Assembly (NCBI GenBank): GCA_965279515.1 | Contig: CBDIID010000003.1 | Coordinates: forward strand, 2,656,001 to 2,720,000 | Direction: 5' to 3' | DNA length: 64,000 nt | Origin: Turneriella sp. | Lineage (GTDB): Bacteria; Spirochaetota; Leptospiria; Turneriellales; Turneriellaceae | Shown here: one piece after another, positions 1 through 8,984 of the stretch | Layout of the letters: each line of letters starts with the position of its first letter | Numbering within the stretch: the stretch's first letter is position 1 | Notes under the pieces: generated by a model | What the model saw: only the letters and a program-made list of their open reading frames with translations | What the model was told of the DNA's origin: nothing | Databases searched by the model: none | Made by a program: the position numbers and the translations under genes

Positions 1-982
1 GGATTATTTTATGGCCATGTGCTGGTCTGCCCTGCCGACAGCGATCGTCGCCGCGGCCAGCGGCTATTTCACAGGCCTCGGCCGCACGCAGGTCATCATG
101 CAGATCAACGGTGTCGGCCTGGTTGCCAATGCCGTTCTCGACTACATCATGATCCTCGGCAAATTCGGCTGCCCGGCCATGGGCATCGCCGGTGCGGGTT
201 ATGCCACGGCGATCGGCACCGCGCTGGCGGCGGTCTATGGTATATGGCTGGTGTTCAGTGACAAGAACCGCCGCGAGTACGGCATGACATCCGGCTGGAA
301 ATGGAACATGGATCTCATGAAGCGTTACATCCGCTTCGGCATACCGTCGGGACTGCAATGGGCTCTCGAAGGCCTCGCGTTCAGCGTCTTCCTTATTTTT
401 ATCGGCCGCATGGTTGACGGCAACGCGGCGTTGGCCGCGTCATCGATCGTGGTCACCATCATGATGCTGTCGGTGTTGCCCGCCATGGGTATGGCGCAGG
501 CAACCTCGGTACTCGTGGGACAGTTTCTCGGTGAGAAAAAACCCAACGAAGCCGAACGCGCCGTCTGGGCAGGGTGGCAGGTGACGATCCTCTATATTCT
601 GCTGGCGGGCTCAACATTTCTGCTCTTCCCGAATTTTTATATGAGCTGGTTTAAGAACAAAGACAATGCCGCACTCTGGGCACAGGTGAGTGTCATGGTG
701 CCTTACCTTTTGATGTTCGTCGCGGTATTCACAACGTCCGATAGCGTGAATCTGATCTTCTCATTTTCGCTCAAGGGTGCAGGCGATACAAAATTTGTCA
801 CTACCGCGGCGCTGATTCTGCCCTGGCCGCTCATGGTGATCCCCAGCTTTTTCCTCATCAACCTCAAGGGTGGCCTTTACTGGTCGTGGGGTGCTGCGAC
901 GGTATTCAGTTTTATTCAGGCCATCGTTTTCTGGCGCCGCTTCGTGGGCGGCAAATGGAAGAATATGAGCGTGATTGGTTAG
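1..982 (+). CDS. MATE family efflux transporter (5' partial)
   Basis: Multi-TM protein with MATE motifs (NAVLDYIMILGKFGCPAMGIAGAGYAT; LKGAGDTK). It is too short for a full MATE, so it probably begins upstream of the window. Confidence 0.9.
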   Translation, partial: DYFMAMCWSALPTAIVAAASGYFTGLGRTQVIMQINGVGLVANAVLDYIMILGKFGCPAMGIAGAGYATAIGTALAAVYGIWLVFSDKNRREYGMTSGWKWNMDLMKRYIRFGIPSGLQWALEGLAFSVFLIFIGRMVDGNAALAASSIVVTIMMLSVLPAMGMAQATSVLVGQFLGEKKPNEAERAVWAGWQVTILYILLAGSTFLLFPNFYMSWFKNKDNAALWAQVSVMVPYLLMFVAVFTTSDSVNLIFSFSLKGAGDTKFVTTAALILPWPLMVIPSFFLINLKGGLYWSWGAATVFSFIQAIVFWRRFVGGKWKNMSVIG

Positions 983-994
983 TTGAGAAAATTA

Positions 995-1023
995 TTGCCA
1001 ACGCGGCCATACCTAGGTAATTT
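995..1023 (+). promoter_or_regulatory. sigma70-type promoter, probably leaderless transcript
   Basis: TTGCCA (995-1000), 17 nt, TAATTT (1018-1023), 6 nt, ATG (1030). Confidence 0.5.
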
Positions 1024-1029
1024 GCCGTT

Positions 1030-1278
1030 ATGGACGGGTGGCAAATTGTCATTTTGGTAAGCGCCATAGGCTTTGCTTTTGTGGCCAGTTTGATTATCAC
1101 GGGAGTAATTATCGGGCGCCGCGATAACCGCTACATGACCGAAAGATTTTCGATGCTCCAAAGTGAAAGTCAGGCTTTGCTGAAAGAAATGTCACGCAAA
1201 ACGGACCTTGCGGTTGAGTTTCTCCGCGAACAATCCATCCTCAATCGGCAGATTTTAGAGCGCGTCGACAAACACTGA
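1030..1278 (+). CDS. small membrane-anchored hypothetical protein
   Basis: 82-aa ORF with an N-terminal TM helix and a coiled-coil-like tail; promoter-like signal directly upstream. Confidence 0.7.
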   Translation: MDGWQIVILVSAIGFAFVASLIITGVIIGRRDNRYMTERFSMLQSESQALLKEMSRKTDLAVEFLREQSILNRQILERVDKH

Positions 1279-1283
1279 TCTTC

Positions 1284-1859
1284 TCAAAACCCGTACTCGC
1301 CGTACTTAATACTCTTCACACGGCCGTTTTCAAAACGCACAAAGGTGAGAAACTTTCCCGCACCGAAGTTATAGACATATTCATCGACATAGACTGAGAC
1401 CTTTTTGCACTCCCAGAATGTGGAAAGCGTAACATAAGAGCCGGATACCGTCTCCGTATTATTCTGGCTCACACGGGTTTCGTCGTGCGTATGGGTTTGG
1501 GGTAAAGTCGTGACTCCCCCCTGTTTCGTATTGCGATCGACCGCAACAGGTGTGGGCGTCGAAACAACAGTATCGCGCGATGTTTCAACGTACGACCCGG
1601 TCGAACGCGTAAACTGCGTCATGCCCTGCTGAAAGTTCGAGAGGCGGGTATGCGTGACCCGTTCATCGAGGTAGGCGAGACGATCCTGCGGTTCGCCGCA
1701 ATATTTCAAGACCTCGATGCGCGATTGACCGACCATCATGAGTTTACCGTCGCAGCGCACGGCATCGTCGGCGCCGGCGTTACCTGCGTAGAAGACAAGT
1801 ATGGCAATCAGCGAGCCGGCTAAGAGGCGCGTAAACCCGGCACTGGTAGTATCCCGCAT
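1284..1859 (-). CDS. secreted DUF2845-like protein
   Basis: Signal peptide, then VRCDGKLMMVGQSRIEVLKYCGEP ... DEYVYNFGAGKFLTFVRFENGRVKSI, typical of DUF2845. Start placed at ATG 1859, 30 nt after a TTGACA. Confidence 0.7.
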   Translation of the reverse strand: MRDTTSAGFTRLLAGSLIAILVFYAGNAGADDAVRCDGKLMMVGQSRIEVLKYCGEPQDRLAYLDERVTHTRLSNFQQGMTQFTRSTGSYVETSRDTVVSTPTPVAVDRNTKQGGVTTLPQTHTHDETRVSQNNTETVSGSYVTLSTFWECKKVSVYVDEYVYNFGAGKFLTFVRFENGRVKSIKYGEYGF

Positions 1860-1970
1860 CGGGGTAAGGATGCGGGCGGCCTTCAGGATTGTCAACCGAT
1901 CTGAAAATTCACATAAATTTCGCGATTCTTTCATACTTTCCCTCCTCTCGCCGGTTATGTTTGCTTCATT

Positions 1971-2426
1971 ATGTATCTGCTCATAGCCGTTATTTGCGGT
2001 GGTGTGGTCAAAATCCTGGCGATGCTGGAATGGCCGACCCTTTACCGCGCCTTCCTGTTCCCGCCGGCGCAGGTTTTATCGTTCTTTTTCCTGGCCGAAT
2101 ATGAAGAGCGGCTCGGCACCTATAACTTTCCGGAATTCATTCTCGACTACAGCTGCTCTGGTATCCATTTTTTTATCCTCGCACTGCTTCTGCTAACACA
2201 CCGGCACGGCGAAAATACAGGGGGATTTCTGAAAGCGCTGGCTTTGGCCTACCTGTTAACTCTGGCCGCGAACACAGCGCGGGTCGCGCTCTTTCTCAAG
2301 GTCGCTGGTTTTTCCACCGGGCGGCCATGGCTACACGAAGCCATCGGCACGATCGTCTTCATTTCATTCCTGTTTTTTTATTATTTAGCCACAGATCTGA
2401 GGAGAAAATATGCAACGGAAAAATAA
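1971..2426 (+). CDS. xrtK: exosortase K
   Basis: Membrane protein with exosortase Cys-Arg-His residues (DYSCSG, ANTARV, WLHEAIG), directly upstream of an MSEP-CTERM protein. Confidence 0.85.
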   Translation: MYLLIAVICGGVVKILAMLEWPTLYRAFLFPPAQVLSFFFLAEYEERLGTYNFPEFILDYSCSGIHFFILALLLLTHRHGENTGGFLKALALAYLLTLAANTARVALFLKVAGFSTGRPWLHEAIGTIVFISFLFFYYLATDLRRKYATEK

Positions 2427-5112
2427 GTTTTTAAACGGTGGGCTGATCGCGACTGCGACGGTACCGCTCGGCATCGCACTGGTGCTTTGCCTGCGCAGCC
2501 TGTATATAATCTGGCCTGAACTCACAACAGAACAGTCTACAGCCATGGCCGCAGGACTCGGCATGGTAACGCTGCCAGGTGTTGCGGCGGCATGGCTGGC
2601 CCTCAGGGCATACCGGCGCGGCGAGAGGCTGAAATTTGTGAGCATAGCATTGCTGACGGGTTTGCTGCTGTTTTGTTTCTATGTATTTTTTTATGTCATC
2701 GAGCCCAGAATCTTCATGCGCGATTGGCTCTTCGATCACGACAATTATCTGTTAACCATCGTATCGGCGCTGGTGCCCCTGTTTTATTTTCTGCTGTTCT
2801 ATCTCGCCTCGCTGACCGCCATTGAATCACAGCGTGCACTGATTGTCTCGATCGTCTCCACCGTGGCCATACCGCTCGTCGCCTACGTGGGTTTCCATGT
2901 CATCCGGTTTCTGCCGAATTTCGGGGCATTCGGTAATCTCTGGCAAATTGGTTTCGCGGCGCTGACAGCCGCCTTTTCGTTTTTTATTCTGCGCCTCATG
3001 CTCTACATTCTGGCCCGCAACGCCGACGCCTTGCAGAGGCCCGGTGCCGTGTGGACATTACAACTGATCTTTGTCGGCATCTTTCCGTTTATCGGCCTGG
3101 CCTTAAATACTGCAGGCCCGATTGCCCGCGAGAGCCAGGGTGTGCTGGGTAACTTCAGCGGCCGCGAGTTTTGGTTATTGGCGGCTGTGAACGCCGTGGC
3201 CTATCTTTTGCCTAACTTCCGCTATTTTCCCTTACAGTTCGCGCTGGTCGCGCTGCGCGCAGCAGGATTCATCTTTGTGCTGTATTTCTGTACCGTGTTT
3301 TTGCTCTTTCTGCCCCTGGCGGTGGTTCTCATTGCCGCAATCGGCCTGGGTCTTTTACTGTTGATTCCTTACTTCGCTGCGGCGGTACAGATTTTGCGCC
3401 TGCGCAACGATTTCACGGCGCTCGCCGCAGCCGGGCACAAGCCGCTCGCATGGACTGCCCTCGCAGCCGGCGCCGCACTGTTGCCCGCTGTGGTATTGGG
3501 CAGCATCAGTTTTGACCGTATGCAGCTCACGGCAGCTATCCGTTTTTTGGAGCAGCCGCCGCTGGAGCTAAACCGTACGTCGGCAATGAGCGCGGCAACG
3601 GTGCTGAGGCTCGCCGACATGGCGCCGGTCTCGAACAACCGCGGGCGCAGCTGGCGTCACGACCGGCAGAACATCCCCATCTACGACGCGCTCTACCGCC
3701 AGATTGTCTTCGACGGCGCCGATCTCTCTGAAAATTTGCGCGGCAAAATCCGGCAGATATTTGGCGGCATGGCGCCGTATGTTCCACCGCTGCGTGTAGC
3801 CACAGGTGGTGCCAGCCTCGGTGATGTGGAAATATCGGCAAAAATCGCGAGCAAAGTTACGCAATCCACCCTCAGCGTCACCGTGGTGAACACTGCCAAT
3901 CGCGGCGACACCGAATTTAATGCCGGCATCGAACTGCCCATGGGCGCCTTCATCACGGGGCATTGGCTCACCATCGACGGCGTCGAGGTACCCGCACAGA
4001 TCACGAACAGAAATACCGCGATCTGGGTATTCAACCGTGTGACCGAGGCGCGACGCGACCCGAGCCTCATCTATTACGAAGGTAAGGATGCCCTGCGTTG
4101 GCGGATTTTTCCCGTGCCCCAGGGTGGCGTTCGCCAGGCCCGGTTACAGATAACGCATGCGCATGACACCGACATACGGATTGCCGGCAAAAAATTCTCA
4201 CTGAAGGCGCTGACCGCCGCGCCAACAGTCATATCCACATCGGGGAAGACGCATCTCATTGCCCCCGCGGCAAGAGATGAATGGATTATACGAAAGCCTT
4301 ATCTGCACTTCGTCGCTGATTGCTCGGGAGCTATTACGAAAGATTACCGTGGCGATGCCGAAACCGCCGCCCGTAAACTGGGTCTTCCCCTCGCTGAGGC
4401 ACAGATCAGCTTTGCGAATACATCGATACGCACGGCGGCCCTCGGCGGCACGGCAATCTGCCCAAAAACCGGTGAAGGCTTCTATGCCGACGCCGCTGTG
4501 AAGGCGGTCCTGTTTTCGCAGTTTAACCGACCCAGTGAAAATTATCCGCTGGTTGTGATACTCTCGGCCGACCCCACGGCGCTGCGGCCTTGCGACTTTG
4601 GATACATCACGGCGTTCTACAGCGACGCCGACGGCATTGCCTTTTTCGACGGCAAGGTATTGCAGAACCTGAACTTTGCTACGGGTGCCCTAAAGACTGG
4701 CAGTCCACGCATGAATCTGCCACAGCGGTTGTACGCAAAACGTTTTTTTGCCGCAGCACAAACCCTGGTCTTCCCCGGAGAAACAAATCCGGGTGAAACG
4801 CTGGCGCTCGCCGATGGTTTTGAAAAATTCTACGACTTCTATCTCGGCCGAACCGAGCACCGGGCAGTGGCTGTTCTCGCTGCCGTGGAGAGCAATGTGC
4901 TGAATCCCGCGGCGGGTTCAATTGTACTCGAGACCGAGGCGCAGCGGCGCAAGCTCGCGGAACTCCACAAGAAGATGCTCAATGCACGCAACCAGCTCGA
5001 TAGCGGCGAGCAGCCGCGCATGTCTGAGCCCTGGAGCTTTGTGGTCATCGCCCTCGTGTTCGGCTGCTACACGCTCTGGCGCCGCAGGCGTACGATGCTT
5101 GCCCGAGGTTAA
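2410..5112 (+). CDS. MSEP-CTERM sorting-domain protein (multi-TM N-half, VIT-like domain)
   Basis: 900 aa. C-terminus is PRMSEP + TM helix + RRRR. Contains a VIT-like segment (IELPMGAFITGHWLTIDG...RRDPSLIYY...RIFPVP). Confidence 0.88.
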   Translation: MQRKNKFLNGGLIATATVPLGIALVLCLRSLYIIWPELTTEQSTAMAAGLGMVTLPGVAAAWLALRAYRRGERLKFVSIALLTGLLLFCFYVFFYVIEPRIFMRDWLFDHDNYLLTIVSALVPLFYFLLFYLASLTAIESQRALIVSIVSTVAIPLVAYVGFHVIRFLPNFGAFGNLWQIGFAALTAAFSFFILRLMLYILARNADALQRPGAVWTLQLIFVGIFPFIGLALNTAGPIARESQGVLGNFSGREFWLLAAVNAVAYLLPNFRYFPLQFALVALRAAGFIFVLYFCTVFLLFLPLAVVLIAAIGLGLLLLIPYFAAAVQILRLRNDFTALAAAGHKPLAWTALAAGAALLPAVVLGSISFDRMQLTAAIRFLEQPPLELNRTSAMSAATVLRLADMAPVSNNRGRSWRHDRQNIPIYDALYRQIVFDGADLSENLRGKIRQIFGGMAPYVPPLRVATGGASLGDVEISAKIASKVTQSTLSVTVVNTANRGDTEFNAGIELPMGAFITGHWLTIDGVEVPAQITNRNTAIWVFNRVTEARRDPSLIYYEGKDALRWRIFPVPQGGVRQARLQITHAHDTDIRIAGKKFSLKALTAAPTVISTSGKTHLIAPAARDEWIIRKPYLHFVADCSGAITKDYRGDAETAARKLGLPLAEAQISFANTSIRTAALGGTAICPKTGEGFYADAAVKAVLFSQFNRPSENYPLVVILSADPTALRPCDFGYITAFYSDADGIAFFDGKVLQNLNFATGALKTGSPRMNLPQRLYAKRFFAAAQTLVFPGETNPGETLALADGFEKFYDFYLGRTEHRAVAVLAAVESNVLNPAAGSIVLETEAQRRKLAELHKKMLNARNQLDSGEQPRMSEPWSFVVIALVFGCYTLWRRRRTMLARG

Positions 5113-5114
5113 CC

Positions 5115-5864
5115 ATGGCACGCAAACGCCTGTTGTTTGGGGCCGGCATTGCTGCTGTGATCGTTTTGGGTATCGTGTTCCGGCAGAATATCCGGAGCAG
5201 ACTCATAGGACAGAAAACCGTCGCAGGTGTAGTCGCCGAGCTGCGCTCCAAGCGCGGCGGCGAATTTCTGAAATCGTACCCCGACCTGCCGGCAATACGG
5301 GAAATCCTATTGGTCGCCACCAAAACATCGCGGCGGCTGGAAGTCTGGACACGCAGCGGTGACGATGAGATCTTTCAGTACCGAAAAACCTACCGCTTCA
5401 CGGGCTCGAGCGGCGGGCGGGGCCCTAAGCGCAAGAGCGGAGACCGCCAGATACCCGAAGGCGTCTATGAGATTGCCGGCTTAAATCCCAACAGCCGGCA
5501 ACACCTCTCCATCAAAGTGGGGTATCCCAATACCACCGATCTCGAGTTTGCGAAAAAAGACGGGCGCAGCGAGCTCGGCGGCGATATCTTCATCCACGGC
5601 AACAACACCAGCATTGGCTGCATACCCATTGGCAACCGGAACATTGAGGAACTGTTCTTCATCGTTGCCGAGACCGGCTTTACCAGAACGCGTATCATCG
5701 TCATGCCTTTGGATTTTCGGCTACGCCGCCATCGCTCTCACCGGGGCAGGGATGCTCTGGAACGCCGGATTTACCGCCAGATCCGGGATGAAATACGCGC
5801 AAAAATGCCTACGCGCGACCTGAGTGCGACTTTTTTATCGCCGCCTGTGAGAAAAAAAGCCTGA
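5115..5864 (+). CDS. L,D-transpeptidase family protein (YkuD/YafK-like)
   Basis: GPKRKSGDRQIPEGVY, LSIKVGYPN, GGDIFIHG...SIGC catalytic His/Cys; N-terminal TM anchor. Confidence 0.88.
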   Translation: MARKRLLFGAGIAAVIVLGIVFRQNIRSRLIGQKTVAGVVAELRSKRGGEFLKSYPDLPAIREILLVATKTSRRLEVWTRSGDDEIFQYRKTYRFTGSSGGRGPKRKSGDRQIPEGVYEIAGLNPNSRQHLSIKVGYPNTTDLEFAKKDGRSELGGDIFIHGNNTSIGCIPIGNRNIEELFFIVAETGFTRTRIIVMPLDFRLRRHRSHRGRDALERRIYRQIRDEIRAKMPTRDLSATFLSPPVRKKA

Positions 5865-5892
5865 ATTTTGGTATTTCTTCTATAGAGGTACT

Positions 5893-6261
5893 ATGGCAAC
5901 ACTCGAAATGACATTCGCACTTTCCGCACCGGCACGGCGCGCCCTGGATTCTTTGGTCTCACCGCGCAGCCTGGAGTTTATCGCCGATCGCTTTTTTGAC
6001 AAGATCGAACACGAACGTTACCGCGACTTCGCGGTGATACCGCCTTTTTATACGACACCGCATGGGCACCGTCAGGCCCGCGCGGGACAGCAACGGCAGC
6101 GCGGTGAAAAACTGAAAAGCCAGAGAGCGAAGCTCACCATCAAGACATTCCGCGGCATGAAGCGGCTTCAGGCGCGTGGCCTGGGCCTCACCTGGCAATT
6201 GGAGGAGATCCTCTATTTCGGCTTCAAAGAAGGTTTTATCAGCGGCCTGGGTGAGGCCTGA
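5893..6261 (+). CDS. hypothetical protein
   Basis: 122-aa ORF with a GAGG Shine-Dalgarno; fits the gap between neighbours. Confidence 0.6.
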   Translation: MATLEMTFALSAPARRALDSLVSPRSLEFIADRFFDKIEHERYRDFAVIPPFYTTPHGHRQARAGQQRQRGEKLKSQRAKLTIKTFRGMKRLQARGLGLTWQLEEILYFGFKEGFISGLGEA

Positions 6262-6321
6262 TTTAATGACACCAGTGTCATAAAAATATCGACGGCCTGA
6301 CTCACTGTTCTAGTCGAGCCC

Positions 6322-7359
6322 ATGCAAGTCCAACTCGAAAAGGCGCGCGCGACCGCAAATTTCACCCGCTTCCGCGGAGAGAAATCCGGCGGGCATTATG
6401 AAAGTTACTTCATGCGCGCCAACGACAAGGCCACAGGCCATGGCTTTTGGATCCGTTATACCATCTACCAACCCGAACCGGGTAAGGGCACGAAGCAGGC
6501 GATGGGCGAGCTGTGGGCGATTTATTTTGAAAAAGGCAAGGCTCCGGTAGCTGCAAAGTCGGAGTTCCCCATTGAACGCGCGCAATATTCGAATACGAAT
6601 TTCGACCTGAGCTTTGACGGCGCTACGCTGACCGATTCTGCCCTGAAGGGCGCGGCCGAAAGCCGCGGCGACAATAAAATAGAGTGGGATCTCACGCTGA
6701 GTAAGATCGCCACGGCGAAAGATAACCATGCGCTCTTTCCGATGCCACTGACTTCATACGACACGCCGCTGCCGCGCGCGAAACTTCTCGTGGCACAACC
6801 GTTTGTAACCTATGCGGGGCACCTGACGGTCAATGGTAAGAAGATTACGATCTCAGACTGGCAGGGCAGCCAGAACCATAACTGGGGCAGCCGCCATACC
6901 GACGAATACGCCTGGGGCCAGGTGGCAGGCTTCGACGATGAACCCGATGCCTTTCTCGAAGTCGCCTCCGCAAAAATTAAGGTCGGCCCCGTTATGACCC
7001 CCTACCTGACTCCAATTACGTTACGCTACAAAGGTAAAGAATATTTGCTGAACACCTACTGGCAGGCATTCCGTAACAAGGTGACGCTGAACTACTTTGA
7101 CTGGGTTTTCTCCGGTGAAAATGCCGATCTGAAAATCGACGGGCATATTTGGGCCGACAAGAATGACTTTGTCGCGCTGAATTATTACAACCCGCCGGGC
7201 GATGTAAAGACCTGCCTCAACTCTAAGGTCGCAAGCTGTGAAATTACACTGGCTGAAAAAAGCCGCATCGGTCTCAAAGTCGACCTGAAGACCAAAAACC
7301 GCGCGGCGTTTGAGATCTTAACGTCGAAGACCGACCATGGGCTAACACCGCTTTTCTAA
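6322..7359 (+). CDS. tocopherol-cyclase-like beta-barrel protein
   Basis: HYESYF...FWIRYTI at the N-terminus and a GSQNHNWGSRHTDEYAWGQ motif. Confidence 0.55.
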   Translation: MQVQLEKARATANFTRFRGEKSGGHYESYFMRANDKATGHGFWIRYTIYQPEPGKGTKQAMGELWAIYFEKGKAPVAAKSEFPIERAQYSNTNFDLSFDGATLTDSALKGAAESRGDNKIEWDLTLSKIATAKDNHALFPMPLTSYDTPLPRAKLLVAQPFVTYAGHLTVNGKKITISDWQGSQNHNWGSRHTDEYAWGQVAGFDDEPDAFLEVASAKIKVGPVMTPYLTPITLRYKGKEYLLNTYWQAFRNKVTLNYFDWVFSGENADLKIDGHIWADKNDFVALNYYNPPGDVKTCLNSKVASCEITLAEKSRIGLKVDLKTKNRAAFEILTSKTDHGLTPLF

Positions 7360-7398
7360 ATCTTCTTGATTTAGCACGGCAACCCTGCGGGTTAACCC

Positions 7399-7770
7399 AT
7401 GCTGATTAAACTCATTGTCATCTTTGCGGTGTTCTGTGCGTTGCTTTTCCTGCTCAATAAAATCATGCCGGATTTCCACATTGAAATGGGCGCGATTCCG
7501 ATTGTGGCGCTGATTCTCGTGGGCGTCAACTACGGTGTGACGTGGATCTTCGGGGCGGTGAATTTCCTGACTCTCGGTATCGTCAAATGGTTACTGACCA
7601 TCGTCACGCTCGGGCTTTTTGGCCTGTTGGCCGGCTTCATCATGAATGTGATTATTTTCTGGGTCGCCGATAAGCTCACAGACCGGCTGACTATTAAATC
7701 CGTCAAAACCCTGCTCGTGAGTGCCTTCGCGTTACAAATTACCACCTACCTGCTTTACAAGATTCTTTGA
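7399..7770 (+). CDS. phage holin family (YvlD-like) 4-TM membrane protein
   Basis: 123 aa, four TM helices, LTIVTLGLFGLLAGFIMNVIIFWVAD motif. Confidence 0.65.
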   Translation: MLIKLIVIFAVFCALLFLLNKIMPDFHIEMGAIPIVALILVGVNYGVTWIFGAVNFLTLGIVKWLLTIVTLGLFGLLAGFIMNVIIFWVADKLTDRLTIKSVKTLLVSAFALQITTYLLYKIL

Positions 7771-8204
7771 AAAACCCGGTTGAGGTGCGGCGCGCCTCAC
7801 TCGCAGACGCAGCTGAAGTCGCGGCCCTGGACGCCGTGATTTTCGGCGCCGCTGGCTATTCGGTGGCATCGTGGCGCGACGAGATTGCGAATCCCTCGGG
7901 ACAGGTTTTTCTATGCGGCAACAGCGGTACGCATACCGCCTTTCTGTCGATTCTGCGCGCCGGTGATGAGCTCGAAATCCGCAAGATCGGGGTGTTGCCT
8001 GAAATGCGGCGCCACGGCATTGCGCAAGACCTGCTGACAAAGGTTCTCGCCGATGAGAAAAATCCCCGTTGCATCATCGACGTCTCTGAGCACAACGCCG
8101 CCGCCATCGCATTTTATCGAAAACTTGGTTTTCAGGAATTGATGCGGCGCAGAAAGTATTACAGCGATGGCGCCGATGCGATTGTCATGCAACGGATAAA
8201 ATAA
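7767..8204 (+). CDS. rimI: RimI-like GNAT acetyltransferase
   Basis: IGVLPEMRRHGIA acetyl-CoA motif; NAAAIAFYRKLGF...RRKYYSDGADAIVM. Confidence 0.8.
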   Translation: MKNPVEVRRASLADAAEVAALDAVIFGAAGYSVASWRDEIANPSGQVFLCGNSGTHTAFLSILRAGDELEIRKIGVLPEMRRHGIAQDLLTKVLADEKNPRCIIDVSEHNAAAIAFYRKLGFQELMRRRKYYSDGADAIVMQRIK

Positions 8205-8239
8205 TGTCCACGCGGTTGCGGAAATGATATATTACATTT

Positions 8240-8938
8240 ATGATCAAGAACCCGTTTGAAATCATCGCCGACGACGAAGAAGGTGAGGTAGAGAAGAAAG
8301 AGAAAGAACGTCCTTCTCCATTAGGCGAGCGTCTCGCCGAACGTTTTCTCGAAAACCGGCAGATTTTTCTCTGGGGTGCGGTCACCGACCGCTCGGCACA
8401 GATGGTTGTCGAACGCATGCTGTTCCTTGAGGCGACGGGTCCGGGTAAACCGATCTACTTCTTCATCAATTCTCCGGGTGGAGTGATCACTTCAGGCATG
8501 GCGATCTACGATGTCATGAAAATGATCTCCTCACCGGTATATACTGTCACCATGGGCATGGCGGCCTCCATGGGTGCGATATTGCTGACTGTGGGCGAGA
8601 AGAAGCACCGTTATGTTTTTGAGCACGCAAAGGTCATGATACACCAGCCGCTGATCAGTGGCCAGATCGTCGCTCCGGCGCTGGACATCAAAATTCACGC
8701 CGAAGAGATCAAAAAGACCCGCCAGGAACTCAACCGCATCATCGCCGAAACAACGGGCCAACCGCTGTCGCGCATTGAAAAAGACACCGACCGTGACTAT
8801 TATCTCGATGGCAAAGGCGCGGTGGAATACGGTCTCGCCGATAAAGTATTAACCGACTTCAGCGAGCTGGGGCTTTTCAAAACAAAGGAACCGAAAGAGA
8901 CCAAAGAAAAAGAGCCGAAAGCCAAAAAAGGTAAATAA
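8240..8938 (+). CDS. clpP: ATP-dependent Clp protease proteolytic subunit
   Basis: FINSPGG, MAASMG (Ser), MIHQP (His), DRDYY (Asp). Confidence 0.95.
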   Translation: MIKNPFEIIADDEEGEVEKKEKERPSPLGERLAERFLENRQIFLWGAVTDRSAQMVVERMLFLEATGPGKPIYFFINSPGGVITSGMAIYDVMKMISSPVYTVTMGMAASMGAILLTVGEKKHRYVFEHAKVMIHQPLISGQIVAPALDIKIHAEEIKKTRQELNRIIAETTGQPLSRIEKDTDRDYYLDGKGAVEYGLADKVLTDFSELGLFKTKEPKETKEKEPKAKKGK

Positions 8939-8984
8939 CCCGACCCCGGCGCTGACGCGCCGACCCTCCCCACTAACGGTGGGG
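8939..8984. repeat. REP-like palindromic element
   Basis: CCCGACCCC-GGCGC tgac GCGCC-GACCCTCCCCAC taacg GTGGGG between convergent genes; related sequences at 15152, 38873 and 47251. Confidence 0.6.

Noticed and set aside
7399..7770. Holin as evidence of a prophage
   Set aside because: The YvlD-like family is common in chromosomes. Neighbours are rimI and clpP, and there is no lysin.
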